From contig CAWBNQ010000011.1 in NCBI GenBank assembly GCA_963790205.1, forward strand, positions 134,066-198,065: 64,000 nucleotides of DNA. Reading direction: 5' to 3'. This document shows, in pieces, positions 48,423 to 59,044 of the stretch (within the stretch, counting starts at the first letter, position 1; each line of letters opens with the position of its first letter). The notes below the pieces were generated by a model. The model did not search any database and was not told the origin of the DNA. It saw only the letters and a program-made list of their open reading frames with translations. The stretch is from Nitrospirota bacterium. GTDB taxonomy: Bacteria > Nitrospirota > UBA9217. Position numbers and translations under genes: made by a program.

Positions 48423-49139
48423 ATGCCGACGATCAAGAAAAGGGTTAATGGCGCAAAGAAGCGACAGCCTGAGCAGGAAATTCAGACCCTTGCGCACAAC
48501 GCGTCCGAATTCATGGCCGCACACAGAAAGAAATTTACCGTCATCGCAGCGGCTTTTGCCGCAGTGTTAATCATCGTCGGGGGGCTCCGGTTTACCCGGT
48601 CCGTGCAGGAACAAAAGGCGGCGCCGCTGGTGGCCTCCGCATACAGTTATTACAGTCCCCCCCAGGGAACTGACGCGGACTTCACCAAGGCGCTTGATCT
48701 TTTCCGCATCGTTCAGAAGCAGTATCCATCGACCAGAAGCGGTGCGATCGCCCAGTATTACATAGGAAATTGTCTCGCGAACCTCGGCCGGAATGACGAG
48801 GCTCTTACGGAATATCAGTCCTTTGCCGCAAAATACACAGGCAATCAATTCCTGCTCGGTCTCGTTTATGAGCGTATGGGGTACGTCTACCTCGCACTTG
48901 GTAAACAGGCCGAGGCTGTCAAGGCCTTCGAGCGGTCAGAGACCCTCATCGGCCCCGGCGCCTCCACCTTGGAACTTGCCAGGCTGTACGAAGCAGCGGG
49001 CAACATTACCGCGTCTCAACAGAAATACAAACTGATCGCCGACAAGCTGGCCGGCACAGCGTGGGCCATGGAGGCTATGGGCAAAGTACAGAAGATTGCG
49101 CCGTTGCAGATGCCTGCTCCGCCGGCCGGGGGTAAGTAA
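48423..49139 (+). CDS. Membrane-anchored TPR protein (YfgM-like)
   Basis: One N-terminal TM helix followed by TPR helices. Confidence 0.75.
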   Translation: MPTIKKRVNGAKKRQPEQEIQTLAHNASEFMAAHRKKFTVIAAAFAAVLIIVGGLRFTRSVQEQKAAPLVASAYSYYSPPQGTDADFTKALDLFRIVQKQYPSTRSGAIAQYYIGNCLANLGRNDEALTEYQSFAAKYTGNQFLLGLVYERMGYVYLALGKQAEAVKAFERSETLIGPGASTLELARLYEAAGNITASQQKYKLIADKLAGTAWAMEAMGKVQKIAPLQMPAPPAGGK

Positions 49140-49303
49140 TTAAAACGGGGAGCAGCCGGTTCATGCCCGGGGACAGCGGGGGGAAATCGTCTTGGTATGT
49201 TGTCCCTGCTTGTGCACATTGCCGTCTCGGCGTTGCATTCCTGTTTTTGATTTATTAAGAGCATGCAACACGAGTCTTCAGCGCGGGTCCATCCTGGTGT
49301 TTT

Positions 49304-51892
49304 ATGAAGGTGAAAGCTGAACATAAAATCATCGCATTGTCCATTGCGGTCGGACTACTGTTCTGGATCCTGGATGCCTTCATTGACACGCTCATATTCA
49401 ACCAGAAATTCTTCCTAAAATCCCTTTTCTACATGACTAATCAGGAAATCTATTTCCGTTGCTTCATGTTGCTCAGCCTTTTCTTCTTCGGCGTCGTGAT
49501 CTCGCGCATTCTTGCCAGGCAGCGGGAGGTGGAGGCGCGCTACAAAAATCTCGTAGAACTTTCATCGGATATCATCTATACCTCTGATAAGCAAGGGAAC
49601 CAGACATTCATGAACGACGCGGCCTTTCGTATACTCGAGCGTTCGCCGGAAGAAGTGATCGGACACCCGATGATATCGTTGATCCATCCCGAAGACCGGG
49701 AGAGGACATTGGAAAAGCTCAAAGAGCTGGCCGACTTGAACAAGGACGTGCTTAATTTTGAGAACCGGTACATAACCAAAAGCGGGAAAGCGTTGACTGT
49801 TCTGCATAATGTACGGAAACTCAGAGACAAGCACGAAAAGTTCGCCGGGACACAGGGTATTGCGAGAGACATTACGGTACGCAAACAGGCGGAAGAAGAG
49901 TTAAAGAAGGCCATGACGAGGATCGAGGAAGAGAAGGCCCGCTCGGAATCGATCCTTGCGGCCATCGGTGACGGCATCAGTATCGTGGACCGGGACTACC
50001 GGATCATCTATCAGAACCATGTCCACAAAAAAATGGTAGAGGGAGACAAAACCGGCCAATATTGCTATAAAGCGTACTCCGATAGCGATTCCCTTTGTAC
50101 CGGCTGCCCGGTTGCCGCATCGTTCCAGGACGGCGGGATTCACACGCTGGAAAAGATCGTTGCGCGGAACGGAGAAGCCCGGACCCTGGAAATCAAAGCA
50201 TCGCCGCTCATCGATTTCAGCGGCAAGACCGTTGCGGGAATAGAAACGGCCCGTGACATCACTGAACGGAAAAAAGCCGGCGAAACGCTGAAATTGTTCT
50301 CCGAGGCCATCGAGGAAGCCATGGACGGCATCCAAATCGTGGACCTGAACGGCACCATCGTCTATTCCAACAAGGCGGTGAGGGACATCTACGGGTTCTC
50401 GCCGGACGAACTGTTCGGGAAAAACGTCAACGAAATGAACGCAGACAGGGAATTCGCCGGACAGTTCATCTTCCCGGCTATTCGAGACAACGGCAGATGG
50501 AACGGCGAGCTCATGGTGGTCCATAAGGACGGCAGAATATTCCCCATCTGGCTTTCAGCCGCATTGGTGAAGGATGATAATGCGGTCCCCATAGCCATGG
50601 TGGGGATCATCCGGGACATAACCGAACGCAAACGAGCCGAAGAAATCATGAAACGCCACCGCGAGCAGCTCGTCAAACTGGTAGAGGAGCGCACAACGGA
50701 GCTTACCAGAACGAACGAGAAATTGCGCAAAGAGATCGCTGACCGCGAAATGATGGAGGAAGAGCTCCTCAAAGCCCAGAAACTGGAGTCCGTCAGCATT
50801 CTTGCCGGCGGCATTGCCCACGATTTCAACAACCTCCTGGCGTCCATCCTCGGCAACATCGGGCTGGCCATGCTCGACATCGACCCCGAGCATCAGGCGT
50901 TCAAACAGCTTGTCGGCGCTGAGAAGGCCTCGCTCAGGGCACAGGACCTGACCCGCCAGCTGCTGACCTTCTCCAAGGGCGGCGCGCCGGTCAAGAAACT
51001 GGCGGACATCGGCGAACTGGTCAAGGAGTCTGCAAGCTTCGCCCTGCGGGGCTCACGGGTGAATTACGAGTTTTCAATTGCCGAGGGCCTGAAGCTTGTC
51101 GAGGTTGATGAGGGCCAGATAAGCCAGGTCATTCATAATCTGGTCATCAATGCCGATCATGCCATGCCGGAAGGCGGGACCATCGCGATACGCTGCTGTA
51201 ATATTACGGACCGGGCCCATGGCGTCCTTCCGGTGAGAGAAGAAGGCTATGTCTGTATCTCCGTTGAAGACCGGGGCGTCGGCGTCCCGAAAGAACATCT
51301 GGCGAAGATCTTCGACCCTTACTTCACGACCAAGCAGAAGGGCAGCGGACTCGGTCTTGCCACCACCTATTCCATTGTAAAAAAGCACGGCGGACACATA
51401 ACGGTAGAATCCGCACTGGGCGAGGGGACGACCTTTCACGTGTTTCTGCCCGCGTCGCGGCAAACGAAGCTGCTGGCTAAGGTCGAGGAAGGAGCGGTTC
51501 GCCGGGGGACCGGCACCATTCTGGTGATGGATGACGAAGCAGAGGTCAGAGAGACGACAGGAAATGTTCTCAAAAGGCTTGGATACAGCGTCGTATACGC
51601 CTCAGACGGCGGCGAGGCTGTCGAGCGATATCGTCAGGCCAGGGATGAGGGCCGCCTTTTTGACCTGGTGATCATGGACCTGACCGTGCCCGGGGGCTTG
51701 GGCGGAAAAGAGGCATTAAGGAAGCTTCGCGACCTGGATCCCGGCGTCAAGGCGATCGTCTCGAGCGGCTATTCCAATGACCCGGTCATGGCCGATTTCA
51801 GAAAACACGGGTTTGACGGCGTCGTGACGAAGCCCTATAGGATCAAAGAGCTGAGTGATGAAGTGCACCGGGTCATCACCGGACTGGCGTAG
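49304..51892 (+). CDS. Hybrid multi-PAS sensor histidine kinase / receiver
   Basis: Two TM helices, three PAS-PAC units, AHDFNN, NLVINA, FTTK, GLGL, C-terminal receiver. Confidence 0.93.
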   Translation: MKVKAEHKIIALSIAVGLLFWILDAFIDTLIFNQKFFLKSLFYMTNQEIYFRCFMLLSLFFFGVVISRILARQREVEARYKNLVELSSDIIYTSDKQGNQTFMNDAAFRILERSPEEVIGHPMISLIHPEDRERTLEKLKELADLNKDVLNFENRYITKSGKALTVLHNVRKLRDKHEKFAGTQGIARDITVRKQAEEELKKAMTRIEEEKARSESILAAIGDGISIVDRDYRIIYQNHVHKKMVEGDKTGQYCYKAYSDSDSLCTGCPVAASFQDGGIHTLEKIVARNGEARTLEIKASPLIDFSGKTVAGIETARDITERKKAGETLKLFSEAIEEAMDGIQIVDLNGTIVYSNKAVRDIYGFSPDELFGKNVNEMNADREFAGQFIFPAIRDNGRWNGELMVVHKDGRIFPIWLSAALVKDDNAVPIAMVGIIRDITERKRAEEIMKRHREQLVKLVEERTTELTRTNEKLRKEIADREMMEEELLKAQKLESVSILAGGIAHDFNNLLASILGNIGLAMLDIDPEHQAFKQLVGAEKASLRAQDLTRQLLTFSKGGAPVKKLADIGELVKESASFALRGSRVNYEFSIAEGLKLVEVDEGQISQVIHNLVINADHAMPEGGTIAIRCCNITDRAHGVLPVREEGYVCISVEDRGVGVPKEHLAKIFDPYFTTKQKGSGLGLATTYSIVKKHGGHITVESALGEGTTFHVFLPASRQTKLLAKVEEGAVRRGTGTILVMDDEAEVRETTGNVLKRLGYSVVYASDGGEAVERYRQARDEGRLFDLVIMDLTVPGGLGGKEALRKLRDLDPGVKAIVSSGYSNDPVMADFRKHGFDGVVTKPYRIKELSDEVHRVITGLA

Positions 51893-51939
51893 CAGGACGG
51901 TGGTCGTTTCTTCTGCGACAGATACCTCAGAACAGCAAT

Positions 51940-51971
51940 AAAAAAGGCCGGGAAGCTTTTCCCGGCCTTTT
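51940..51971. terminator. Bidirectional intrinsic terminator
   Basis: AAAAAAGGCCGGGAA-GCTT-TTCCCGGCCTTTT between convergent genes. Confidence 0.85.
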
Positions 51972-51997
51972 CTGCTGTTTGGGCATCGCGCGTCCGG

Positions 51998-53341
51998 TTA
52001 TATCTGATCGACATCCACCACGAGCTTGATCTTCTGGCCGGCGCGGACCGAACTGCCGATCCCCTTGTTCCACTCCCTAATGTCGGCAATGGTCACGTTG
52101 TGCCTTCTCGCGATCCTCGAAAGCGTTTCTCCCCGGCGTACCCGGTAGAGGATCTGCTGTTGTTTGCTTCCCTGTTCCGGAGTAAGGTAGCTCATGTCCT
52201 GGGTCTTGCCGTTGGTGTCGACGGGAATAAGGACGTGTTTGCCGGGCAGGATCCTGTTTTTTCTGAGCCCGTTGATATCGCGGATCGCTTCGGGGGTCGT
52301 GTTATACTGTTTGGCAAGCCCGGCCAGCGTTTCGCCTTTCCTGACCTCATGCCGTTCCCAGGTGATCTTCTGTTCCGGCGGGACGGCGGCGTAGTTCGCC
52401 TGGAACAATTCTTTTTTGCCGGCCGGGATCTTCACGGTATACTTGCTGAACTGAGGCGGCGTCACCCAACGCCGGATTTCGGGGTTCAACTCCTTGATCT
52501 CCTCGTAGGAGCAGCCGGCGCAACGGGCGATCAAGCGGAGGTCGGTGCTCTGCTCGACCACGACTTCGTCGAATTTGTACGGTTCGTATTTGGATACGAT
52601 AAATCCGTATGCGCCTGGGTTCTTTGCGATGATGGTCGCGGCCATAAACTTGGGCACGTAGTTCTTGGTTTCCTTCCGGATGTAACGGGAAGCCTTCAGG
52701 TCCCAAAAGTCATCGGAGCGCGTCCTGAGCACGGCGCGCTGCACCTTGCCGGCGCCTGCGTTGTACGAAGCGAGGGCAAGCGACCAGGAGCCGAAGAGAT
52801 TGTGGAGGTCTTTCAGGTGTTCGGCCGCGGCGTAGGTGGACTTGATGGGGTCCTTGCGTTCGTCTATCCACCAGTCTATTTTGAGACCATAGAGCTTGCC
52901 GGTGGCGGGCATGAACTGCCAGGGGCCCACTGCCCGCGCCCACGACACTGCGTAGGGATTGAAGCCGCTCTCGATCATGGCTACATAGACGAGATCTTCG
53001 GGGAGGTTCTTCTCCTTGAAGATGTCCTTCATAACGGGAATATACCGCGCGGAACGGTCGAGCCAGAGCTGAAATACGTCCCGCCCGCGCGTCTTGAAAT
53101 ATTCAAGATGGTTCTCGACGCTGTCGTTCAGGATCATGGGGATGTCGTAGGGTTTTACGTCAGCCGCATCATCGATTGTTTCATCAAGTTGGGCCACGTC
53201 TTCTGACGGAGGTTTCAGCTGGGAGGGGATCCCTGCCGGACCCTGCTGCGGGGGTGCCTGGTCCTGCGCCTGAAGCTGTTGAAAAGGCAGGATGATGACC
53301 ACACTAACCGCGAGTAAAATAAGGGTAATTCTATGAAGCAT
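51998..53341 (-). CDS. mltD: Lytic transglycosylase with two LysM domains (MltD-like)
   Basis: AMIESGF, GPWQFMP, ASYNAG, ETKNYVPK; two LysM repeats. Confidence 0.9.
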   Translation of the reverse strand: MLHRITLILLAVSVVIILPFQQLQAQDQAPPQQGPAGIPSQLKPPSEDVAQLDETIDDAADVKPYDIPMILNDSVENHLEYFKTRGRDVFQLWLDRSARYIPVMKDIFKEKNLPEDLVYVAMIESGFNPYAVSWARAVGPWQFMPATGKLYGLKIDWWIDERKDPIKSTYAAAEHLKDLHNLFGSWSLALASYNAGAGKVQRAVLRTRSDDFWDLKASRYIRKETKNYVPKFMAATIIAKNPGAYGFIVSKYEPYKFDEVVVEQSTDLRLIARCAGCSYEEIKELNPEIRRWVTPPQFSKYTVKIPAGKKELFQANYAAVPPEQKITWERHEVRKGETLAGLAKQYNTTPEAIRDINGLRKNRILPGKHVLIPVDTNGKTQDMSYLTPEQGSKQQQILYRVRRGETLSRIARRHNVTIADIREWNKGIGSSVRAGQKIKLVVDVDQI

Positions 53342-53544
53342 GACTCCTCCTACTTAATTATTAAATTACCTGATTCGAGCTTGTTTGTCAAGATGTAACG
53401 ATGCCCTCTCGAGTGGGTTCCTCCTGGATTCATGCATGCATTTTTTTATGGTCCGCTGTCCGGGCCTGAAGGGTCGGGGTATTTTCGGGGTAGTACTCCG
53501 ATAATTTCTTGTAATTCATAGGGTCTTTCGGTATTATTCGGCAT

Positions 53545-54297
53545 ATGGAACATGCATTTGTCGAAGAAATTTTTTCATCAATTCAAGGTGAAGGCCCCTG
53601 GATCGGCCAACGGCACATTTTTGTCCGGTTCATCGGCTGCGATATGCGATGCCGGTACTGCGATACCGCCGCCGCCCGGGGACTGAACGGCCGGGCTGAC
53701 AACGGCTTTTGCCGCGCGCAGAAGTCACCCCTTTCTTTCGACCATGATCGTGTGCCTGATCCGCTTTCGCCGAGTCAACTGACGGAGTTTTGCTCGCGTT
53801 TGGTAATCCCCGGGCCATCCCGTCCTGTCATCAGCCTTACGGGGGGAGAGCCTTTGCTGCACCCTGATTTTTTGGCCGAATGGCTCCCCGCAATTCGAAG
53901 CAGGTTCCTTATCTATCTCGAAACCAACGGTCTCCGGTATCAAGCCATGGAGGGGCTTCGGGAAATGATCGACGTGGTGAGCATGGATTTTAAACTTCCC
54001 TCAGCCACGGGCCAGCGTCCGTTCTGGGATGAACACAGACGATTTCTTGCTGCCGCAGGCGGGAAAAGGCTTTTTGTAAAGGCTGTCGTGACCACCGATA
54101 CCGTGCTGCACGATATCCTGACCTCGGCGAAGCTCATTGCCGGGCACGATGCCTCTCTGGCGTTCATTCTTCAGCCTGCTGCCGGTCCTCTCGCGCCTGA
54201 CCCGGCAATGCTCATGGAATTTCAAAATGCCGCGCTCGGCATCATCGGCGACGTGCGCGTCATTCCCCAGGCGCACAAAATTCTGCAGGTGCCGTAA
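53545..54297 (+). CDS. queE: 7-carboxy-7-deazaguanine synthase
   Basis: EIFSSIQGEG, CDMRCRYCDT, TGGEP, ETNG, IPQAHK. Confidence 0.9.
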   Translation: MEHAFVEEIFSSIQGEGPWIGQRHIFVRFIGCDMRCRYCDTAAARGLNGRADNGFCRAQKSPLSFDHDRVPDPLSPSQLTEFCSRLVIPGPSRPVISLTGGEPLLHPDFLAEWLPAIRSRFLIYLETNGLRYQAMEGLREMIDVVSMDFKLPSATGQRPFWDEHRRFLAAAGGKRLFVKAVVTTDTVLHDILTSAKLIAGHDASLAFILQPAAGPLAPDPAMLMEFQNAALGIIGDVRVIPQAHKILQVP

Positions 54298-54363
54298 CTG
54301 CGAGCCCCGGGACTGCGGGCCGTAGTCCAGACCATGTCGATACACGGTGCGGAATAACGTTCC

Positions 54364-55812
54364 ATGAACTTTCAAATACTTTCTTCTGTCATTGATGAAC
54401 TCTCGCACCTCATCACCGGCGCGCGCGTGGAACGCGTTTACGAGGGGACCGGAAGAGCGCTGTATGTATTGCTCAGGCGGGACCGGACGCATTACTATCT
54501 CCTGCTCTCGCCGGACCGCTCCATGCCCCGCCTGCATCTGGTGACGAAAAAGCCCGCTGCCGCTGCATCTCCCTGCGGATTCGGCCTGTATCTCAGGAGC
54601 CATGCGGCGGGGGCCGTGATAACCAGGGTTTCCCTGCTGAATCAGGACCGCGTGGCGGAAATCCGTTTTTCAAGACAGGGAACGGGATACCGTCTCCTGT
54701 TCGAGCTCACCGGTCCGGCGGCCAATATCCTGATTACCGATGAATCCCTGAAGATCCTCGCCGTCTATTATCCGATACCGCTTGGGGACTCTGTGAAGCG
54801 CCCGATGGTGCCGGGAATCCAGTATGTCCCGCTGGAAAAAAAAACGTCACAAGCGCATGGTACGATTTCTTCCGCAAAAACACGCGGCGGTCAGGAGCCT
54901 GGCCGGGAGCAAAACGGGCCCCTCAGCGCAAACCGTGAAGTGGAATTTTTCTTTGACCAGCTTATTCAAAACAGGGATTTTGATTCGTTTCGTACCCGGC
55001 TCCGCTCGCGTGTGAAAAAGATACTGGCGAAGGAGGAACGGAGGATCGAGGCCTTATCCGTTGATTTGAAAGCGACAGGACAGTCCGAGGAATACAAACG
55101 GGCCGGCGAGCTCATTCTGGCGAACCTGCAACGCCTGGAACGGGGCAGGGAACAGGCCGAGGTGAGGGGCCATGACGGACAAACAGTGCTTCTTCGATTG
55201 GACCCTAAACGATCGCCGGCAGGCAACGCGGAACTCTATTTTAAAAAGTACAAAAAAGCAAAAAAAGGAAAAGAGATCATTGCAGCGCGGTTGAAGCTCG
55301 CCGGGGATGAAGCTTCACACCTGAGGTCTTTTTTGTCAGACCTGGAAAAGGCGGGCACGAGTGAGTCACTCGACCGAATCCATTCCGATCTTGTTGCGAA
55401 CGGCTATCTATCAGGAGAAGCGCAGGAAAAAAGCAAAAAGCAGACCGGTCCTGCGCCGGCCCCCTTCAGGAAGATAGCGTACCAGGGCTGGGACATCCTC
55501 GTAGGCAAGAGCGCTGCTGGCAACGACTACCTTACTACAAAAATTGCACGGCCCAAAGACCTTTGGCTTCACGCCGAGGGCCTGCCCGGCTCTCACGTGC
55601 TGATCAAAAATCCTGAGGGCAAGGACATTCCTCCGGACGTTTTCGCCAAGGCCGCCTCATTGGCAGCCTTCCACAGCAAAGGAAAAGCTGCGGGCAAGGT
55701 CGCGGTGACATACACGCTCGCGGGACAGGTAAAAAAGCCGAAGGGAGCGAAACCGGGGCTGGTGACGCTTAGCGAACGAAAAACGATCATGGCCGTCCCT
55801 CAAGAAAGCTAA
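54364..55812 (+). CDS. NFACT/RqcH (FbpA-like) protein
   Basis: DRV..I.F, ELTGPAANI, NAELYFKKYKK, VGKSAAGND, DLWLHA..PGSHV, KKPKGAKPG. Confidence 0.88.
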   Translation: MNFQILSSVIDELSHLITGARVERVYEGTGRALYVLLRRDRTHYYLLLSPDRSMPRLHLVTKKPAAAASPCGFGLYLRSHAAGAVITRVSLLNQDRVAEIRFSRQGTGYRLLFELTGPAANILITDESLKILAVYYPIPLGDSVKRPMVPGIQYVPLEKKTSQAHGTISSAKTRGGQEPGREQNGPLSANREVEFFFDQLIQNRDFDSFRTRLRSRVKKILAKEERRIEALSVDLKATGQSEEYKRAGELILANLQRLERGREQAEVRGHDGQTVLLRLDPKRSPAGNAELYFKKYKKAKKGKEIIAARLKLAGDEASHLRSFLSDLEKAGTSESLDRIHSDLVANGYLSGEAQEKSKKQTGPAPAPFRKIAYQGWDILVGKSAAGNDYLTTKIARPKDLWLHAEGLPGSHVLIKNPEGKDIPPDVFAKAASLAAFHSKGKAAGKVAVTYTLAGQVKKPKGAKPGLVTLSERKTIMAVPQES

Positions 55813-55894
55813 ATTTTCATTTCTCTTTATCTTTCACCGTGCCCGCGCATCGCTGGGGGCTTATATCCGGGCTGCGGGCTGCGAGCACATATTC

Positions 55895-55923
55895 TTGACA
55901 AATAAAATGTGTCAGCCTATAAT
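55895..55923 (+). promoter_or_regulatory. Consensus sigma70 promoter with an overlapping inverted repeat
   Basis: TTGACA-17nt-TATAAT; TGACA-N9-TGTCA at 55896-55914. Confidence 0.75.
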
Positions 55924-55992
55924 AATTCTCAGCTGTGTTATTGCACTGTGCGGGGCGGAATGTCTGCAGCGGGACGGTTCACGAAAGAGAAC

Positions 55993-56452
55993 ATGGACAA
56001 TAATAATTTAGATGTGTTGCAGAAGACGATGCTTTTTAAAGGCAGCAGCGCTGGAAGAACTTCAGCTTGCTTCAGGGCTGTTTCAGGAACGCCTGATAAA
56101 GTCGAACATGACCATCTTCACGGAAAAAATGCCCGCCGAGGCGCTCTATATCATCAAAAGCGGAAACGTCAGGATCAGCGTGATGGCCGGCGAAGGAGAA
56201 GAGAAGGATCTGCTTCTGCTGGGCCCCGGTGAGTTTTTCGGAGAGCTTGCCCTGCTCCAGGAAGGGAGCAGGATGGTGACCGCCCGGTCCGAGACGGCAG
56301 TTGAACTTCTCCTGATCACGAGAAAGGATTTTCAGGCGCTTATGGACCTGGACCCCCGGACCGCATCCAGGCTGCTGCTGACAATTACGACACTGCTCGC
56401 CATGCGCGTAAAGGCTTACAGCGCCCAGCTCAAGGACATGCTGCTTGCATGA
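55993..56452 (+). CDS. Cyclic nucleotide-binding domain protein; frameshift near 56045
   Basis: MDNNNLDVLQKTMLFKG, then in another frame LYIIKSGNVRI...GEFFGELAL...R..TARS. Confidence 0.8.
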
Positions 56453-57411
56453 TCCTCGCGGGGATCGATATCGGAACGAATACCCTCCGCCTCCTCATCG
56501 CTGAGCTCGGCCCCGCATCATACCGTGAAATCGGCTCCGACAGACGAATTACCCGATTGGGACAGGACCTCGACCGCACCGGCGTGCTTTCCCGCGACGC
56601 CCGGGAACGGTCGATAAAGGCCCTCGCCGATTTCAGCGAGCGTATCCATCAGTATGCCGCCCGTCAAGTCGACGCCGTGGGGACCAGCGCTCTTCGAAAA
56701 GCATCAAATTCCCGGGAATTTATTACTGAGGTGAAGCAGCGAACCGGCCTCGACATCCGTGTCATCCCGGGGGAAGCTGAGGCCCGGCTTACGCTCCTGG
56801 GCGTCTCGCGGGCGCTGCGAAGCACGAGTTCGGGAGAAAAAGGTCCTCTTTCCTCCGCGCTTGTTATAGACATCGGGGGCGGCAGCACCGAGATCATCAT
56901 TACCCATCCCGGCGGGGAGCCCAGCGCAATGAGCCTTCCGCTCGGCGCTGTTTATCTCACCGAACGGTTCATACGTCACGATCCGCCGTCAGAAGAGGAG
57001 TTGGAACGGCTCCGACGATCGGTCAGAAAAGCACTGGAACGGCAGGGCGTCCTGCTTCGCCCAGGTCCTGCATGCGTTTTCGTGGGGACCGCAGGAACGA
57101 TAACGACGCTCGCCGCCATGGACATGAACCTTGCCGTGTACGATCCCGACCGGATCAACCGGTCGATACTGACCCGGAGTGCCGTTGACGGCATGGTACG
57201 AACGCTCGGCAAAAGCACGCTCAAAGAACGAAGAGACCTTCCCGGCCTCGAGCGCGGCCGCGAAGACATTATCCTGGCCGGCGCTATCGTGACCCAGGAA
57301 ATCATGGAGCGCTTTGGATTTAGTACGATATTGGTAAGCGATTGGGGCCTGCGGGAAGGCATCGTGTTCAATTTGTATGATAAAATCATAAAGCATTCTG
57401 CCAGACGCTAA
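56449..57411 (+). CDS. Ppx/GppA phosphatase family protein
   Basis: IDIGTNTLRL, GTSALR, EARL, DIGGGSTE, GLREG. Confidence 0.92.
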   Translation: MILAGIDIGTNTLRLLIAELGPASYREIGSDRRITRLGQDLDRTGVLSRDARERSIKALADFSERIHQYAARQVDAVGTSALRKASNSREFITEVKQRTGLDIRVIPGEAEARLTLLGVSRALRSTSSGEKGPLSSALVIDIGGGSTEIIITHPGGEPSAMSLPLGAVYLTERFIRHDPPSEEELERLRRSVRKALERQGVLLRPGPACVFVGTAGTITTLAAMDMNLAVYDPDRINRSILTRSAVDGMVRTLGKSTLKERRDLPGLERGREDIILAGAIVTQEIMERFGFSTILVSDWGLREGIVFNLYDKIIKHSARR

Positions 57412-57548
57412 GGCGCTAAGAAATATACGATAGAATAAATATCTGCATCTTCGCCGGTATCCGGCGGTTACCAGTGGTAACGCCGGTGCGGAGTGTGGAC
57501 TTCGTGGTTAATTTGGTTCCGGCTTGTCCGGTTAGGTGATGTAAACGT

Positions 57549-58919
57549 ATGAACGAAGCGCGCATATTGATCATGGACGATGAGGCCGGGGAGCGCAGGA
57601 GGATCGAGGATTACCTCGTCCAAAAAGGCTATGATGTCCTTGCAGTGGCACGGGTGGACGATGCCGTCGAGGCTATCCGGCGAGACCGGTACGACGTGTT
57701 TCTGACGGACTGCAACATCCCCGGCGTGGACGCGCTTCGGACCTCGGATGAAGCGCGCAAGATCAATCCCGATCTGGCGGTGATCATCATGACGGCCTTC
57801 GGCACCATCGAGACCGCGGTCAAGGCCATCAAGGCAGGCGCTTACGATTATCTCCCCAAACCAATCGACCTTGACCAGCTCGTGGTGCTGATCGACAGAA
57901 TTTCCGAACGTCAGAACCTGATCCGTGAAAATATCGAGCTGAAAGAGCAGCTGAGAGAGCGGTATAAGTTCGACGAGATCGTGAGCGTCAGCAGCGCCAT
58001 GGAAGAGGTATTGAACCTCGCCGGTCGCGTGGCCTCGAGCAATGCCACGGTCCTGCTTCGGGGCGAGAGCGGCACGGGAAAGGAACTGGTGGCAAAAGCG
58101 ATCCACTACCACAGCCCGCGCGCCGGCTTCCCGCTCATCAAGGTGAATTGCGCGGCCCTGCCCGAGACGCTGCTCGAAAGCGAGCTCTTCGGCCACGAGA
58201 AAGGCGCTTTTACCGGCGCGGCCGCGAAACGGATCGGCCGGTTCGAGGCTGCGGACAAAGGGACGCTCTTCCTCGATGAGATCGGGGAACTCACGCCGGG
58301 CATGCAGGTGAAGCTCCTCCGGGTCCTCCAGGAGCGGGAGTTCGAGCGGCTCGGCGGGAACCAGACCATCAAGACCGATGTGCGCGTCATTACCGCAACG
58401 AACCGGGACATCGAGAAGGCGATCAGGGAAGGCACATTCAGGGAAGACCTGTATTACCGGCTGAACGTGGTCTCCCTCGTGATCCCGCCGCTCCGGGAAA
58501 GAAAAGAAGATGTCCCCGTCCTGTTGGGCCATTTTATCGCGAAGTACGGCAAGGAAAACAAAAAAAAGATCTCCGGTATTTCCGCCGAGGCCCGGGACCT
58601 GCTTATGCGCTACTCGTATCCGGGGAACGTACGGGAACTCGAAAATATCATCGAACGCGCTGTTGTTCTTTCGAGGAAGGAAATCATCACCGGCGCAGAC
58701 CTCCCGATCCATGTTCAAGCGGCAATGACGGAGGATGCGTTGCCGGGACGGGAGTTAAAAGGCTCTCTGAACGAGACGCTTGACACCGTGGAACGCGGCC
58801 TGATCCTCGAAGCGCTCAAAGAGTCCGGCGGGACCCAGACGCGCGCCGCGGAAAAGCTCGGCATCAGCGAGCGGGTGCTCAGGTATAAGTTGAAGAAATA
58901 TCGGATCAAGGAGCAGTAA
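57549..58919 (+). CDS. sigma54-dependent response regulator
   Basis: Receiver domain, GESGTGKE, GAFTGA, HTH. Confidence 0.93.
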   Translation: MNEARILIMDDEAGERRRIEDYLVQKGYDVLAVARVDDAVEAIRRDRYDVFLTDCNIPGVDALRTSDEARKINPDLAVIIMTAFGTIETAVKAIKAGAYDYLPKPIDLDQLVVLIDRISERQNLIRENIELKEQLRERYKFDEIVSVSSAMEEVLNLAGRVASSNATVLLRGESGTGKELVAKAIHYHSPRAGFPLIKVNCAALPETLLESELFGHEKGAFTGAAAKRIGRFEAADKGTLFLDEIGELTPGMQVKLLRVLQEREFERLGGNQTIKTDVRVITATNRDIEKAIREGTFREDLYYRLNVVSLVIPPLRERKEDVPVLLGHFIAKYGKENKKKISGISAEARDLLMRYSYPGNVRELENIIERAVVLSRKEIITGADLPIHVQAAMTEDALPGRELKGSLNETLDTVERGLILEALKESGGTQTRAAEKLGISERVLRYKLKKYRIKEQ

Positions 58920-59044
58920 ATAGCGGGGGCGTTTTATCTTTCATTCGACGCAGCACTATTTCCCGTATCTGTTGAAGTCGCTATTCCTTGAAACAAAACA
59001 ACAAAAATACTGATTGTCACTATTCCCATCTCGATGAATAGCGG

